Below the pieces are notes generated by a model. It saw nothing but the letters and a program-made list of their open reading frames with translations. It did no database searches and was not told where the DNA came from. Both the position numbers and the translations under genes were made by a program. DNA of 64,000 nt from the NCBI GenBank assembly GCA_964365185.1, contig CAYIOP010000002.1, positions 2,684-66,683 of the forward strand. Reading direction: 5' to 3'. Source of the DNA: an uncultured Candidatus Saccharibacteria bacterium. GTDB taxonomy: Bacteria > Patescibacteriota > Minisyncoccia > UBA6257 > 2-01-FULL-56-20. This document shows positions 8,846 to 16,978 of the stretch, in pieces; the first letter of the stretch is position 1; every line of letters starts with the position of its first letter.

Positions 8846-9961
8846 TTACGCCTTTAGTATCGGCATCAAAATATAAAAATAAGAGGCCTCATTAAGCGAT
8901 TTGATAAGCGAGGGCTTATTGTCTTGCTCGTTAACTCCCAAAAAAATTTCTTCACCTCCCAAAACTTTAAGTCCTTCCAGTAAATATCGCCAATTAAATC
9001 CCACCTCACCAAAATTTTTCTGAATTTTAGCTGGCAAAAAATACCGATTCTCGCCCACCTCACGATTAGCTGAAAAAATCTCAATCGCCTTTCCTCCTTC
9101 CGCTGATTTAAATCTAATTTCATTGGTCTGCCCGCTAAAAATTCCGGCCAGTTTTAAAGCATTTATTAATCCTTCTTTTTCCACTGTTATTTCCGCGTCA
9201 AATTTTTTCGGCAAAATACCAGAATAATCAGGAAAATTGCCGTCGGTTAGCCGAGAAATAAATTCCCAATTGCCGGTCTTAAATAAAACTTGGTTTTGAT
9301 CGTGATAAATAGAAAGTTTGTCCTGATCCTTTAAAATTCTTGCCAATTCTTGGGCCGCACGAAGTGGTATTAAAAAATTAAAATTTTGAGAATGATTAGA
9401 TTTGAATTGGTTAGATCCAATTGTCTTTTCCGCCAACCGGAAACTGTCCGTGCCGACTATTTTTAAATTATTTAAAGAAAAATTGAAAATAATATTGTTT
9501 AATTCGGTTCTCAAGTCCGAAAATTGAGTGGCTGCCAAAACCTGAGTCAGGGCTTCTTTAAAAATCCCGGCCTCAAGCTCTAAAAAGTCTTCCTCGTTTT
9601 TTATTTTAGGGATAATTGGAAAATCTTCCGCCGGAAAAACTTGAGTTAAGGCCTCGTAATTGTCGGTTTTGACCTCAAATTGACTGCCTTTTTTTTCTAA
9701 ATTCAATCTTTCGCTCTGAAGATTATTAATCAGATTTAAAAAAGTGCTTAGTGGAATATTTATTTTTCCTTTCTCAATTATTTTTCCAGAAAGATAATAG
9801 CTAATCGCCAACTCTAAATTAGTTGTAATTAATTTTATTTTATCAGCTTGAGCTTCAATTTGGACACATTTTAAAATCGGCAGATTTAAATTTTCTCCGC
9901 TAGCCCTTCCGACAATATCTAACCCTTCTTTTAAATTAGTTCGCATTGTTATCAACTTCAT
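8846..9961 (-). CDS. dnaN: DNA polymerase III beta subunit (sliding clamp)
   Basis: 371 aa starting MKLITMRTNLKEGLDIVGRA...ILKCVQIEAQADKIKLITTNLELAI; immediately downstream of dnaA. Confidence 0.85.
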   Translation of the reverse strand: MKLITMRTNLKEGLDIVGRASGENLNLPILKCVQIEAQADKIKLITTNLELAISYYLSGKIIEKGKINIPLSTFLNLINNLQSERLNLEKKGSQFEVKTDNYEALTQVFPAEDFPIIPKIKNEEDFLELEAGIFKEALTQVLAATQFSDLRTELNNIIFNFSLNNLKIVGTDSFRLAEKTIGSNQFKSNHSQNFNFLIPLRAAQELARILKDQDKLSIYHDQNQVLFKTGNWEFISRLTDGNFPDYSGILPKKFDAEITVEKEGLINALKLAGIFSGQTNEIRFKSAEGGKAIEIFSANREVGENRYFLPAKIQKNFGEVGFNWRYLLEGLKVLGGEEIFLGVNEQDNKPSLIKSLNEASYFYILMPILKA

Positions 9962-10122
9962 AATTATAATAATTAATTAATTAAATTACTGATGTTATTA
10001 ATTGCACAATTCTGGGGAAAACTAAAAATTATTTTTTAAAACTTAATTAATCAAATGTTTTTCCCGCCGCCAATTTATTTTTTTCTCGCGTCGCCAGTTT
10101 AATAGCTGTGGGTAAGGTGGGG

Positions 10123-11490
10123 CTACTTATTATTAAGGAGCGACTCCTTAATCATGATAATTTTTTGATTAAACGGAGAATTCTTATTAATTTCCTGGTT
10201 TATTTTCTCAAAAGAGTGAATTACGGTTGTGTGGTCTCTTTTTAACTTTTCCCCAATGTATGGGTAGGACATCCTCAGGATTTCCCGAAGTAAGTACATT
10301 GCCACTTGTCTTGGCTCAACCATTTCCTTTTTTCGCGACCTACTGACCAAATCCGGCAATTGAATGGCATAAAAATCTGCCACCGCTTTTAAAATTTGAT
10401 CATCAGTAATTCGGCCAAAGAAATTTTGAGTTGTTTTTTCTATAATTTCTTCCACTACTTTCTTGTCGATCTCTCCACCCTTACTGTCTTGATAAAACAC
10501 AAGCTTATTTACCACCCCCTCTAATTCTCTAATATTTCTCTGGATAGAATGAGCCACTAAATCAATTACTCCCTCCGGCAATTGCCGATTTGCGGCTTGC
10601 AAACGATTTTTTATAATTGCCACCCTCATCTCGTAATCAGGATAACTAATATCCACCGTTAGCCCTCCGTCAAACCTCGACCTTAGCCGTTCTTCAAGGG
10701 TTGGGATTGATTGCGGCGGCCGGTCTGAAGAAATAATGATTTGTTTGTTGTTTTCGTAGAGCGCGTTAAAAGTATGAAAAAATTCTTCCTCGGTTTTTTC
10801 TTTGCCTCCGATAAATTGAATATCGTCGATAATGAGCACGTCGCAATCTCGGTATTTTTTCTTGATATCCTCCATTCTTTTATTGCGTATCGCCCACACC
10901 ACATCGCTGGTAAATTTCTCCGAAGAAACATATCTCGACCTAAGTTTGCCGCCATATTTAAATTTGATTTCATTGCCCAGCGCCTGAAGCAAATGGGTCT
11001 TACCCAGGCCCACTCCGCCATAAATAAAAAAAGGATTATATTTTGAACCCACCTCTTGGATAATCGCCAAGGCGGCCGCATGAGCCAATTCATTTGAGGA
11101 TCCCACCACAAAAGAATCTAAAGTATAACGAGGATTAAGATTTGTCTCGGGATCTACTCTTACTAAATCCAAACCCGCCTGGCTTTCTAGCCGGCCCATA
11201 TCCACGCTAATTTCCAAAGAAGATTTTTTGTTTAGCTTGGGTTCGTGATTAGTAACAATAAATTCCAGTTTTTTGGCTGAGCTATCAAAATTTCTTAAGA
11301 TTCCTAAGATATTTTTTTCGTATTTATTCTCCACCCATTCCTTAGCAAAGTTATTAGGTAGGGCAATATAAAAAATTCCCTCCTTCTGATCCACTAGTTG
11401 GCTATTCTTGAGCCAAGTCACAAAGTTAGCTCTTGAAAGCTGGATCTCCATCTCACTTAAAGTTTGTTGCCAAAGTTGATTTAGATCCAT
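10123..11490 (-). CDS. dnaA: chromosomal replication initiator protein DnaA
   Basis: AAA+ Walker A GGVGLGKTHLLQA, Walker B LIIDDIQF; sensor motifs; domain IV QVAMYLLRE...HTTV. Confidence 0.9.
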   Translation of the reverse strand: MDLNQLWQQTLSEMEIQLSRANFVTWLKNSQLVDQKEGIFYIALPNNFAKEWVENKYEKNILGILRNFDSSAKKLEFIVTNHEPKLNKKSSLEISVDMGRLESQAGLDLVRVDPETNLNPRYTLDSFVVGSSNELAHAAALAIIQEVGSKYNPFFIYGGVGLGKTHLLQALGNEIKFKYGGKLRSRYVSSEKFTSDVVWAIRNKRMEDIKKKYRDCDVLIIDDIQFIGGKEKTEEEFFHTFNALYENNKQIIISSDRPPQSIPTLEERLRSRFDGGLTVDISYPDYEMRVAIIKNRLQAANRQLPEGVIDLVAHSIQRNIRELEGVVNKLVFYQDSKGGEIDKKVVEEIIEKTTQNFFGRITDDQILKAVADFYAIQLPDLVSRSRKKEMVEPRQVAMYLLREILRMSYPYIGEKLKRDHTTVIHSFEKINQEINKNSPFNQKIIMIKESLLNNK

Positions 11491-11639
11491 CTAGCTTATT
11501 CTAGTTATAAAAACTTTTAAGTCAAAAGACCCATTTCCGGATAATTGGGGACTATCTGTTGAAAACTCATTTTTTATCTTGGTGGACGAAAATAAAATTT
11601 GCCACTCCTGCTTTTCTATGCTAAAATTTTCACAATCTT
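11491..11639. promoter_or_regulatory. candidate oriC / dnaA-rpmH divergent control region
   Basis: AT-rich intergenic region between divergent dnaA and rpmH. Only weak DnaA-box-like 9-mers (TTATCCGGA, TTATCAACC). The dnaA-dnaN spacer 9962-10122 carries TGTGGGTAA, an 8/9 match to the DnaA box. Confidence 0.3.
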
Positions 11640-11780
11640 ATGTCGCGAACTTATCAACCTAAAAAAAGGAAAAGAGCGAAAGCTCATGGATTTAGATCTC
11701 GGCAAAAAAGCGCTGGCGGTCGCCGAGTCCTAAGCCGCCGAAGAGCAAAAAGCCGTCGGAAACTTACCGTTTCTAAGTAA
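11640..11780 (+). CDS. rpmH: 50S ribosomal protein L34
   Basis: Not in the ORF track (46 aa). Translation: [46 protein letters not shown]. Confidence 0.85.
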   Translation: MSRTYQPKKRKRAKAHGFRSRQKSAGGRRVLSRRRAKSRRKLTVSK

Positions 11781-11795
11781 AAAGTCATATTTTCT

Positions 11796-12128
11796 ATGAT
11801 TCCTAAGAAGCTTCGCCTTCCCAAGGACCAGTTTTTCAAAAAAAATAACGGCGTTACCACTCCTATCTGTGTTATTAAATTCAAAGCCAATTCTTTGGGC
11901 CACAATCGCTTTGCGGTGGTGGTTTCCTCCAAAGTCGAAGCGAAGTCCACTCTTCGCCACCTCATCAAGCGCCGCTTCTTTGCTGTTTTAAAAAGCTGGC
12001 CTAATCTGGGTCTAGACCTTATAATTATAGCCCTGCCCGAAGTTAAAAATTTTTCTTTCGCCGACATTAAAATTAAAATTCTTGAATCAATTCCCAAAAT
12101 AAAAATAAAAAATGGGCCATCTTTTTAA
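11796..12128 (+). CDS. rnpA: ribonuclease P protein component
   Basis: 110 aa; RFAVVVSSKV..RHLIKRRF motif region; canonical position after rpmH. Confidence 0.75.
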   Translation: MIPKKLRLPKDQFFKKNNGVTTPICVIKFKANSLGHNRFAVVVSSKVEAKSTLRHLIKRRFFAVLKSWPNLGLDLIIIALPEVKNFSFADIKIKILESIPKIKIKNGPSF

Positions 12129-12870
12129 TTTAATTCTTGTTGAGCCGCTGCTTAATATCCTCGTCTTTCTTTATAAAACCATTGCTTTGGGGGATTTTGG
12201 GCTGGCGATCATTTACCTCACCATCCTAATTCGACTGCTCCTTTTCCCTGTTTTTAGTAAAAGCGCGATTCATCAGCGCGAGATGCAAAAAATCCAGCCC
12301 AAGCTAAAGAAAGTTCAGGAACAGCACAAAAATGATCGCGCCAAGCAGGCCGAAGCCATGATGGCGCTATATAAAGAGCACAAAGTAAACCCTCTTTCTA
12401 GTTTTTTCTGGTTGCTTATTCAAATTCCGGTTTTTATTGCTCTCTACCAGGTTTTTTCAAAAAGCTTAACCCTCGATTCTCTAAGCGGTCTTTATTCTTT
12501 TATCACTCCCCCCGCCTCCCTTGATTATTCGTTCTTGGGCTTGATTAATCTTACAAAAAGTAATATTTTAATAATTGGCTTAGCCGCCATAGCTCAATAT
12601 TTTCAAGGCCGGTTGTCTCTCCCTAAGGTTGATCCCAGCCAAACCTTGTCGTCCGCCGAAAAAATGAGCCGAAGTATGGTTTTTTTAGGCCCCGCCCTAA
12701 CCATCTTTGTTTTATTTAATTTCCCCTCTGCCCTAGGCCTTTTCTGGCTTACCACCTCGCTTTTTTCAATCGGCCAGCAATTCGTTATTAATCATCGCGA
12801 CCATGGAAAATTGGACCAACTTCGTACAAATAACCCTCCAAAAGATGGGGTTCAAGGACTTCCGAGTTGA
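12112..12870 (+). CDS. yidC: membrane protein insertase YidC (short form)
   Basis: Multi-TM protein; LLFPVFSKSAIHQREMQKIQPKLKKVQEQHKND...MMALYKEHKVNP matches the YidC/Oxa1 core. Confidence 0.8.
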   Translation: MGHLFNLILVEPLLNILVFLYKTIALGDFGLAIIYLTILIRLLLFPVFSKSAIHQREMQKIQPKLKKVQEQHKNDRAKQAEAMMALYKEHKVNPLSSFFWLLIQIPVFIALYQVFSKSLTLDSLSGLYSFITPPASLDYSFLGLINLTKSNILIIGLAAIAQYFQGRLSLPKVDPSQTLSSAEKMSRSMVFLGPALTIFVLFNFPSALGLFWLTTSLFSIGQQFVINHRDHGKLDQLRTNNPPKDGVQGLPS

Positions 12871-13240
12871 TATAGATCCCGATCGCAATCGCGGCCTGGT
12901 TTTTATTTACGACAATCCTATCTTAGTTAAAGAAAATTTGCCGGTCATCGTTGAAAGTGTCAACCACCTAATTCAGATGGTTTCCAAAAAAGAAGGTTCC
13001 TCTTCCATCTTTTTTGATTTTAATAATTACCACCAAGAACGGGAAAATTTAATAGGCGAGCTTGCCAAAGCCGCCGCTAAAAAGGTTTTAGTCACCGGCG
13101 AAGACATTTCTCTCCCCGCCATGAATTCCTATGAACGCCGGCTGGTTCACTTAGCGCTCGCCATTCATCCTGATGTAAAAACTGAAAGCGCCGGCGAAGC
13201 TCGCGACCGTCACGTTATCATCAAAAAAATCGCAGAGTAA
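12803..13240 (+). CDS. jag: Jag/KhpB-like R3H domain RNA-binding protein
   Basis: C-terminal R3H motif SYERRLVHLALA..GEARDRHVII. Overlaps the end of yidC. The likely real start is the ATG at 12845. Confidence 0.7.
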   Translation: MENWTNFVQITLQKMGFKDFRVDIDPDRNRGLVFIYDNPILVKENLPVIVESVNHLIQMVSKKEGSSSIFFDFNNYHQERENLIGELAKAAAKKVLVTGEDISLPAMNSYERRLVHLALAIHPDVKTESAGEARDRHVIIKKIAE

Positions 13241-13267
13241 TAAAATTTCTGGGCAAATGCGATCGTT

Positions 13268-14410
13268 TTATTTCAAACCAAAAGAATAGAGTTTGTTGTC
13301 GTAGCGATTAATAAAGAAAATTTCACTTTCCGTTTTTTGGGGATTGATCATATCTAAGCCCTCGCCATCAAAAATTTTTTTAATTTCTCCGTCGCTCAAC
13401 TTAATTTTATAAAAAGCGTCATTCGAAAAGAAATTCTTTTTTAAATAATCATCCGGTAATCTAAATTGGGAGAAAGCTGTTTGGTCGCGATGGATGGCGC
13501 AATTTAAAAATTCAATCGCCACTTTTTTAGTACTGGTTTCGCTGCCGGTCTCCGCGCTAAAAAAACATTTTGAAGGCAAAGTGCTCCAAGCCAGTTTTTT
13601 AGCCCAATTCGCTTTTTGGTCCATTACTTCCAAGCGCCCCTCTTCCAATTTTAAAAATTTATTTCCCTTGTCGTCAAAAATCAACTCTAATCCTTTTTTA
13701 TTTCTCATCCAGAGTGTCAGGTTTCGGCTGGTTAAATTAAATTTCCAAATAGAACTCTCAAGCTCCGCGCTACTCGGCTCAATTAACAATAATTCGTCGG
13801 TCTTAACCCAATTTAAATCTATATCTTGAAGCTGGATCTTTAAAATTTCTCGAGGCGTTGATCTAGCGCTCGCTAAGTCCAGCGTCCCCAGAGATCCTCC
13901 GTTTTTCTCGGAAAAATAAGCGATGCGGTTGTCCAAGGGTGACCAATCCGCGGCTTTGATTCCTACGTCAAGTGGCCGCCAGGTTTTTTTCTCGGTGTCA
14001 AAAACGCTCCACTGAATTTTCTCCCACCCCTTCCCGAATTTAACCAACACCTTTTTCCCGTCCCAAGAAAATTTGGCTAAGGCCAAATCTTGAACTACGA
14101 CCGAGCTTAATGTTTGCTCTTCGTCTTTTAAAATTTTGGAAATCTGTCCATCCGGATGAACCACAATTATCGTCCCGTCTTTTTGGATAAAATAATTTAA
14201 GACCAAATCTTGGCTGATTAATTTAGTATTCTTGGTTAATTCTCCCAAACCCCCTCCGCCATTAACTTCTTCTTCGTTTGGCAAAATTAGCTCTTCTCCA
14301 TTGCCGCTTCCTTCTTGGTTGGGTTGTTTTTGTCGAATTAAATATCCAGCGACAAGCAAGATAGCTGCCGCAACCACCACCGAACCAATAATTAAATAAC
14401 GCTTCATCAT
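13268..14410 (-). CDS. membrane-anchored hypothetical protein with beta-propeller (TolB/PD40-like) repeats
   Basis: N-terminal TM; repeated W/F-x-(S/P)-DG-K/N patterns (FSWDGKKVLV, WSPLDNRIAYFS). First gene (3'-most) of the minus-strand T4SS-like cluster. Confidence 0.35.
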   Translation of the reverse strand: MMKRYLIIGSVVVAAAILLVAGYLIRQKQPNQEGSGNGEELILPNEEEVNGGGGLGELTKNTKLISQDLVLNYFIQKDGTIIVVHPDGQISKILKDEEQTLSSVVVQDLALAKFSWDGKKVLVKFGKGWEKIQWSVFDTEKKTWRPLDVGIKAADWSPLDNRIAYFSEKNGGSLGTLDLASARSTPREILKIQLQDIDLNWVKTDELLLIEPSSAELESSIWKFNLTSRNLTLWMRNKKGLELIFDDKGNKFLKLEEGRLEVMDQKANWAKKLAWSTLPSKCFFSAETGSETSTKKVAIEFLNCAIHRDQTAFSQFRLPDDYLKKNFFSNDAFYKIKLSDGEIKKIFDGEGLDMINPQKTESEIFFINRYDNKLYSFGLK

Positions 14411-14420
14411 TAATGAGTTA

Positions 14421-15317
14421 TTAATTTTTGCAATTAGTTATATCGCTTGGCAACAGGGGCAAACAAACACTGCTACTACAGGTATCAATTATATCGCTAC
14501 AACTATTTGAATTACTGCAAAGCAATTTGTACCCGGTCGGCTGACTTGAATCGTTTTGAGTGCAGCCAAATTTAGTTGCTCCGCCGCCTCCGCCAGTGGG
14601 GCCGCCCAAGCTGTAGCAACTGCCACCATTGCAATAGCCGCCCCCGTTATTTTCCATCGATTCATTGCATGATTGAGGGTTTAACCCAGCCGGACAATTG
14701 CCGTCTGGTATTATGCAATTTCCAGCCGAACAAACTTGTCCTAGTCCGCTGCAATTAGCCGACTCAAAACAACTTCCCGGCTCAACGCAGATATTATTAG
14801 GCGCGCAAATCAACCCTTCGTTGCAAGGGATAGCGGGCGTGCTGGTGCTCTGGATGCATATTCCTCCGACCGTGCCCGGCGGAATGCCCGGCAAAATTAC
14901 ATTTTTCCCCGTAATTTTTTTTAGTGTCGGAAGTTTTAGCTGGGTTAATTTTGGATTAATCGTGTTTAATACAACAAACGCGCCCGCCAAAAGCAAAAGT
15001 CCCAAAAGCGCCTGCTTGATTCGGTCTTTAGCATCTCCCTTGCGCGAAGGATTATCTGCCGAGAGCGTGTATTCAATACCTCCCCAAATCACCACCACAA
15101 AAGCCAGTAGCCCGCCCATCAGCAAGGCGTATTGATAAAGATTGCTGATGAGCCCAGCTGGGTCAGGATTTTTTTGGCTGGCTGGAATTGAGCCGGGAAT
15201 ATTGGGATTAATTTGCGCCGGATCAATCGTTGTTTCATCTGCCTGCGCCAAAGAAATCATCATCCCTCCTACTAATATTATCCCCGCCAATATCAAAAAA
15301 AATTTATAGTGCCTCAT
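14421..15317 (-). CDS. candidate T4SS pilin (TrbC/VirB2-like topology) with a long Cys/Gly-rich C-terminal extension
   Basis: Signal peptide, then two hydrophobic helices separated by a short charged loop (LLMGGLLAFVVVIWGGIEYTLSADNPSRKGDAKDRIKQALLGLLLLAGAFVVL). This is followed by ~150 aa rich in Cys, Gly and Ser. Confidence 0.35.
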   Translation of the reverse strand: MRHYKFFLILAGIILVGGMMISLAQADETTIDPAQINPNIPGSIPASQKNPDPAGLISNLYQYALLMGGLLAFVVVIWGGIEYTLSADNPSRKGDAKDRIKQALLGLLLLAGAFVVLNTINPKLTQLKLPTLKKITGKNVILPGIPPGTVGGICIQSTSTPAIPCNEGLICAPNNICVEPGSCFESANCSGLGQVCSAGNCIIPDGNCPAGLNPQSCNESMENNGGGYCNGGSCYSLGGPTGGGGGATKFGCTQNDSSQPTGYKLLCSNSNSCSDIIDTCSSSVCLPLLPSDITNCKN

Positions 15318-15322
15318 TAATT

Positions 15323-16033
15323 TTATTTTACAAAAGTTAATTTAATTTCCCGCGACGCCCGTTCGGTAAATTTTCTGGGATTTGAGACATTTAAAGTTGT
15401 TTTTAATTCAAAATTCGGCGCCACCTCTTGGTTTAAAACAACACTTAATTGATTTGATTTTTCGTTTTTTGCCGCTGGTCGGTCGTTAACTTTCCAAGAA
15501 AATTCAAGCTCCCCTTCGTTCTGAACGTTAAAAAAATACGGCTTAGCTAAAATTTGAATTCCTCGGTTTGAAAATTTATTTTCAAAAAACGGAGCAATTA
15601 GCGTCACCTCTGGCCTCACCGAGGGAATTAAAATGTTTTTAATAAGCATCCGCCCCTTATAATCTAGAATTTTAATTCTTAATTCCTGTTCTCCTGTCCC
15701 CACTACTCTAAAAGATGTCTTTTGGATGCCCACTCCGGTTTTAATCAAATCATCATTTAAATACCAGTAAATTTCGTTTTTAGAAAGGTTAACCAATCTT
15801 CCCGCATCAATTATTTCAAAGGCCGCTGAAATCAGCGAAGAATCAGTCGGCAAAATCTTGCCGGTAAATTCCGCTGGCGCGTAAGTATTAGCTCTCCAGG
15901 TGATTAAAAAATCTGGCTCCTTGGTCTGCGCCCGGGCTGTCAGGCCAAAAATTATTGCCAGCACCATTCCTAAAAACAGAATTATTACCCCGAATTTTAT
16001 CAGTTGTGGCCTATTGAATCCTATAAAAATCAT
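15323..16033 (-). CDS. hypothetical membrane-anchored protein (T4SS-like cluster)
   Basis: 236 aa, single N-terminal TM, beta-rich periplasmic part. Confidence 0.4.
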   Translation of the reverse strand: MIFIGFNRPQLIKFGVIILFLGMVLAIIFGLTARAQTKEPDFLITWRANTYAPAEFTGKILPTDSSLISAAFEIIDAGRLVNLSKNEIYWYLNDDLIKTGVGIQKTSFRVVGTGEQELRIKILDYKGRMLIKNILIPSVRPEVTLIAPFFENKFSNRGIQILAKPYFFNVQNEGELEFSWKVNDRPAAKNEKSNQLSVVLNQEVAPNFELKTTLNVSNPRKFTERASREIKLTFVK

Positions 16034-16219
16034 TTTAACTTTTTAATTATACCAGCTTTCTTCTTTGTTTCTAAACTGATAATTATCCACCATACTCCCT
16101 TCTGTTTTTGAAAATTGGGCATTGCTTACCCGCCGAAATCTTGATGAAGGCGGGATAATTGAAAATTTCTATCGTTTCTCCGTTGTATTACCACTGTATT
16201 TCTATGGCCTCTCTATTTT

Positions 16220-16834
16220 CTACGCCGTCATCCTGTAATCATTTTCTTCTTCGTCATCTTCGGGTTTTGCCTGCGGCTCCGGCAATTTTCGGGTAATATC
16301 CATCACTTTTTCTATTGGCTCTTTTTCTATACCAAAGGCCTCTTCTGAAACCTTAGGGGTTCCTGTTTCTTTTAACCCTCCTTCAGTTTTTGAAACAGCT
16401 TGGCCCGCTTCAGAACCACGAGCTGAACCCTTTGCTAATCCCTCGCTCGGAGCGCCTCCTCTTGGAGTTTGAACGCTTTTTTTAGGCATTCCCTTTTTGC
16501 CCCCAGCGCTTTGGCTAATTTGTACGGCTTTTGCCGCCGCGGATTCTGGATGTCTGTCGGCGTATACTGTCATCCAAAAACCAATTGTGAGGAGTGGCAG
16601 ATCTCCCACCCAAGGGATAAGTTCTGTCAGCCAAGACACTCCCATTCGGCCAAATCCTAAGCCCCTAAACCACAAATATATAACTATTATCGACGCCAGG
16701 ATGTCTCCTAGCCAGAAGTCATCTAAACCAAAAAAAATCAAAATAAGTTCAATCCCGTCAATTAAAATTAAATATATCGAAATCAGAACAATCTCTACTG
16801 TCTTAAGCTTTGGCTTCGGTTTCTCTTCATCCAT
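16220..16834 (-). CDS. hypothetical polytopic membrane protein with acidic C-terminus (T4SS-like cluster)
   Basis: 204 aa, 3 predicted TM segments. Its start codon is embedded in the left TIR of repeat copy 2. Confidence 0.4.
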   Translation of the reverse strand: MDEEKPKPKLKTVEIVLISIYLILIDGIELILIFFGLDDFWLGDILASIIVIYLWFRGLGFGRMGVSWLTELIPWVGDLPLLTIGFWMTVYADRHPESAAAKAVQISQSAGGKKGMPKKSVQTPRGGAPSEGLAKGSARGSEAGQAVSKTEGGLKETGTPKVSEEAFGIEKEPIEKVMDITRKLPEPQAKPEDDEEENDYRMTA

Positions 16835-16964
16835 GCTCCGTAGGAAATTAAATATTTTTTGTTAATTTGTAAACGACGTTTTCATATTATCTTACTTTGT
16901 CATAATTCTGCTAAATTATATTAGCTCAAAAATATTTTATTTTTCGTTATTTCCTACGGGGCAT
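16832..16964. repeat. 133-bp TIR element, copy 2 (CATGCTCCGTAGGAAAT ... ATTTCCTACGGGGCAT)
   Basis: Same length and ends as 3323-3455. The internal sequence is AT-rich with shared blocks (ttttgtaaa, gttttcat). Confidence 0.55.
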
Positions 16965-16978
16965 ATTTTATCTATAAT

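Noticed and set aside
10683-11111. ORFs 10683-11111 (-) and 10741-11046 (+) inside dnaA
   Set aside because: These are alternative-frame or antisense ORFs within the DnaA AAA+ domain coding region, with no independent support.
11684-12097. Minus-strand ORFs 11684-12097 and 11730-11960
   Set aside because: They are antisense to the clearly recognisable rpmH (L34) and rnpA genes. The Arg-rich translation is an artefact of reading the L34/RnpA codons backwards.
14576-15135. Plus-strand ORFs 14576-14758 and 14698-15135
   Set aside because: These are antisense frames opened by the GC-rich Cys/Gly codons of the pilin-like gene's tail, so they are spurious.
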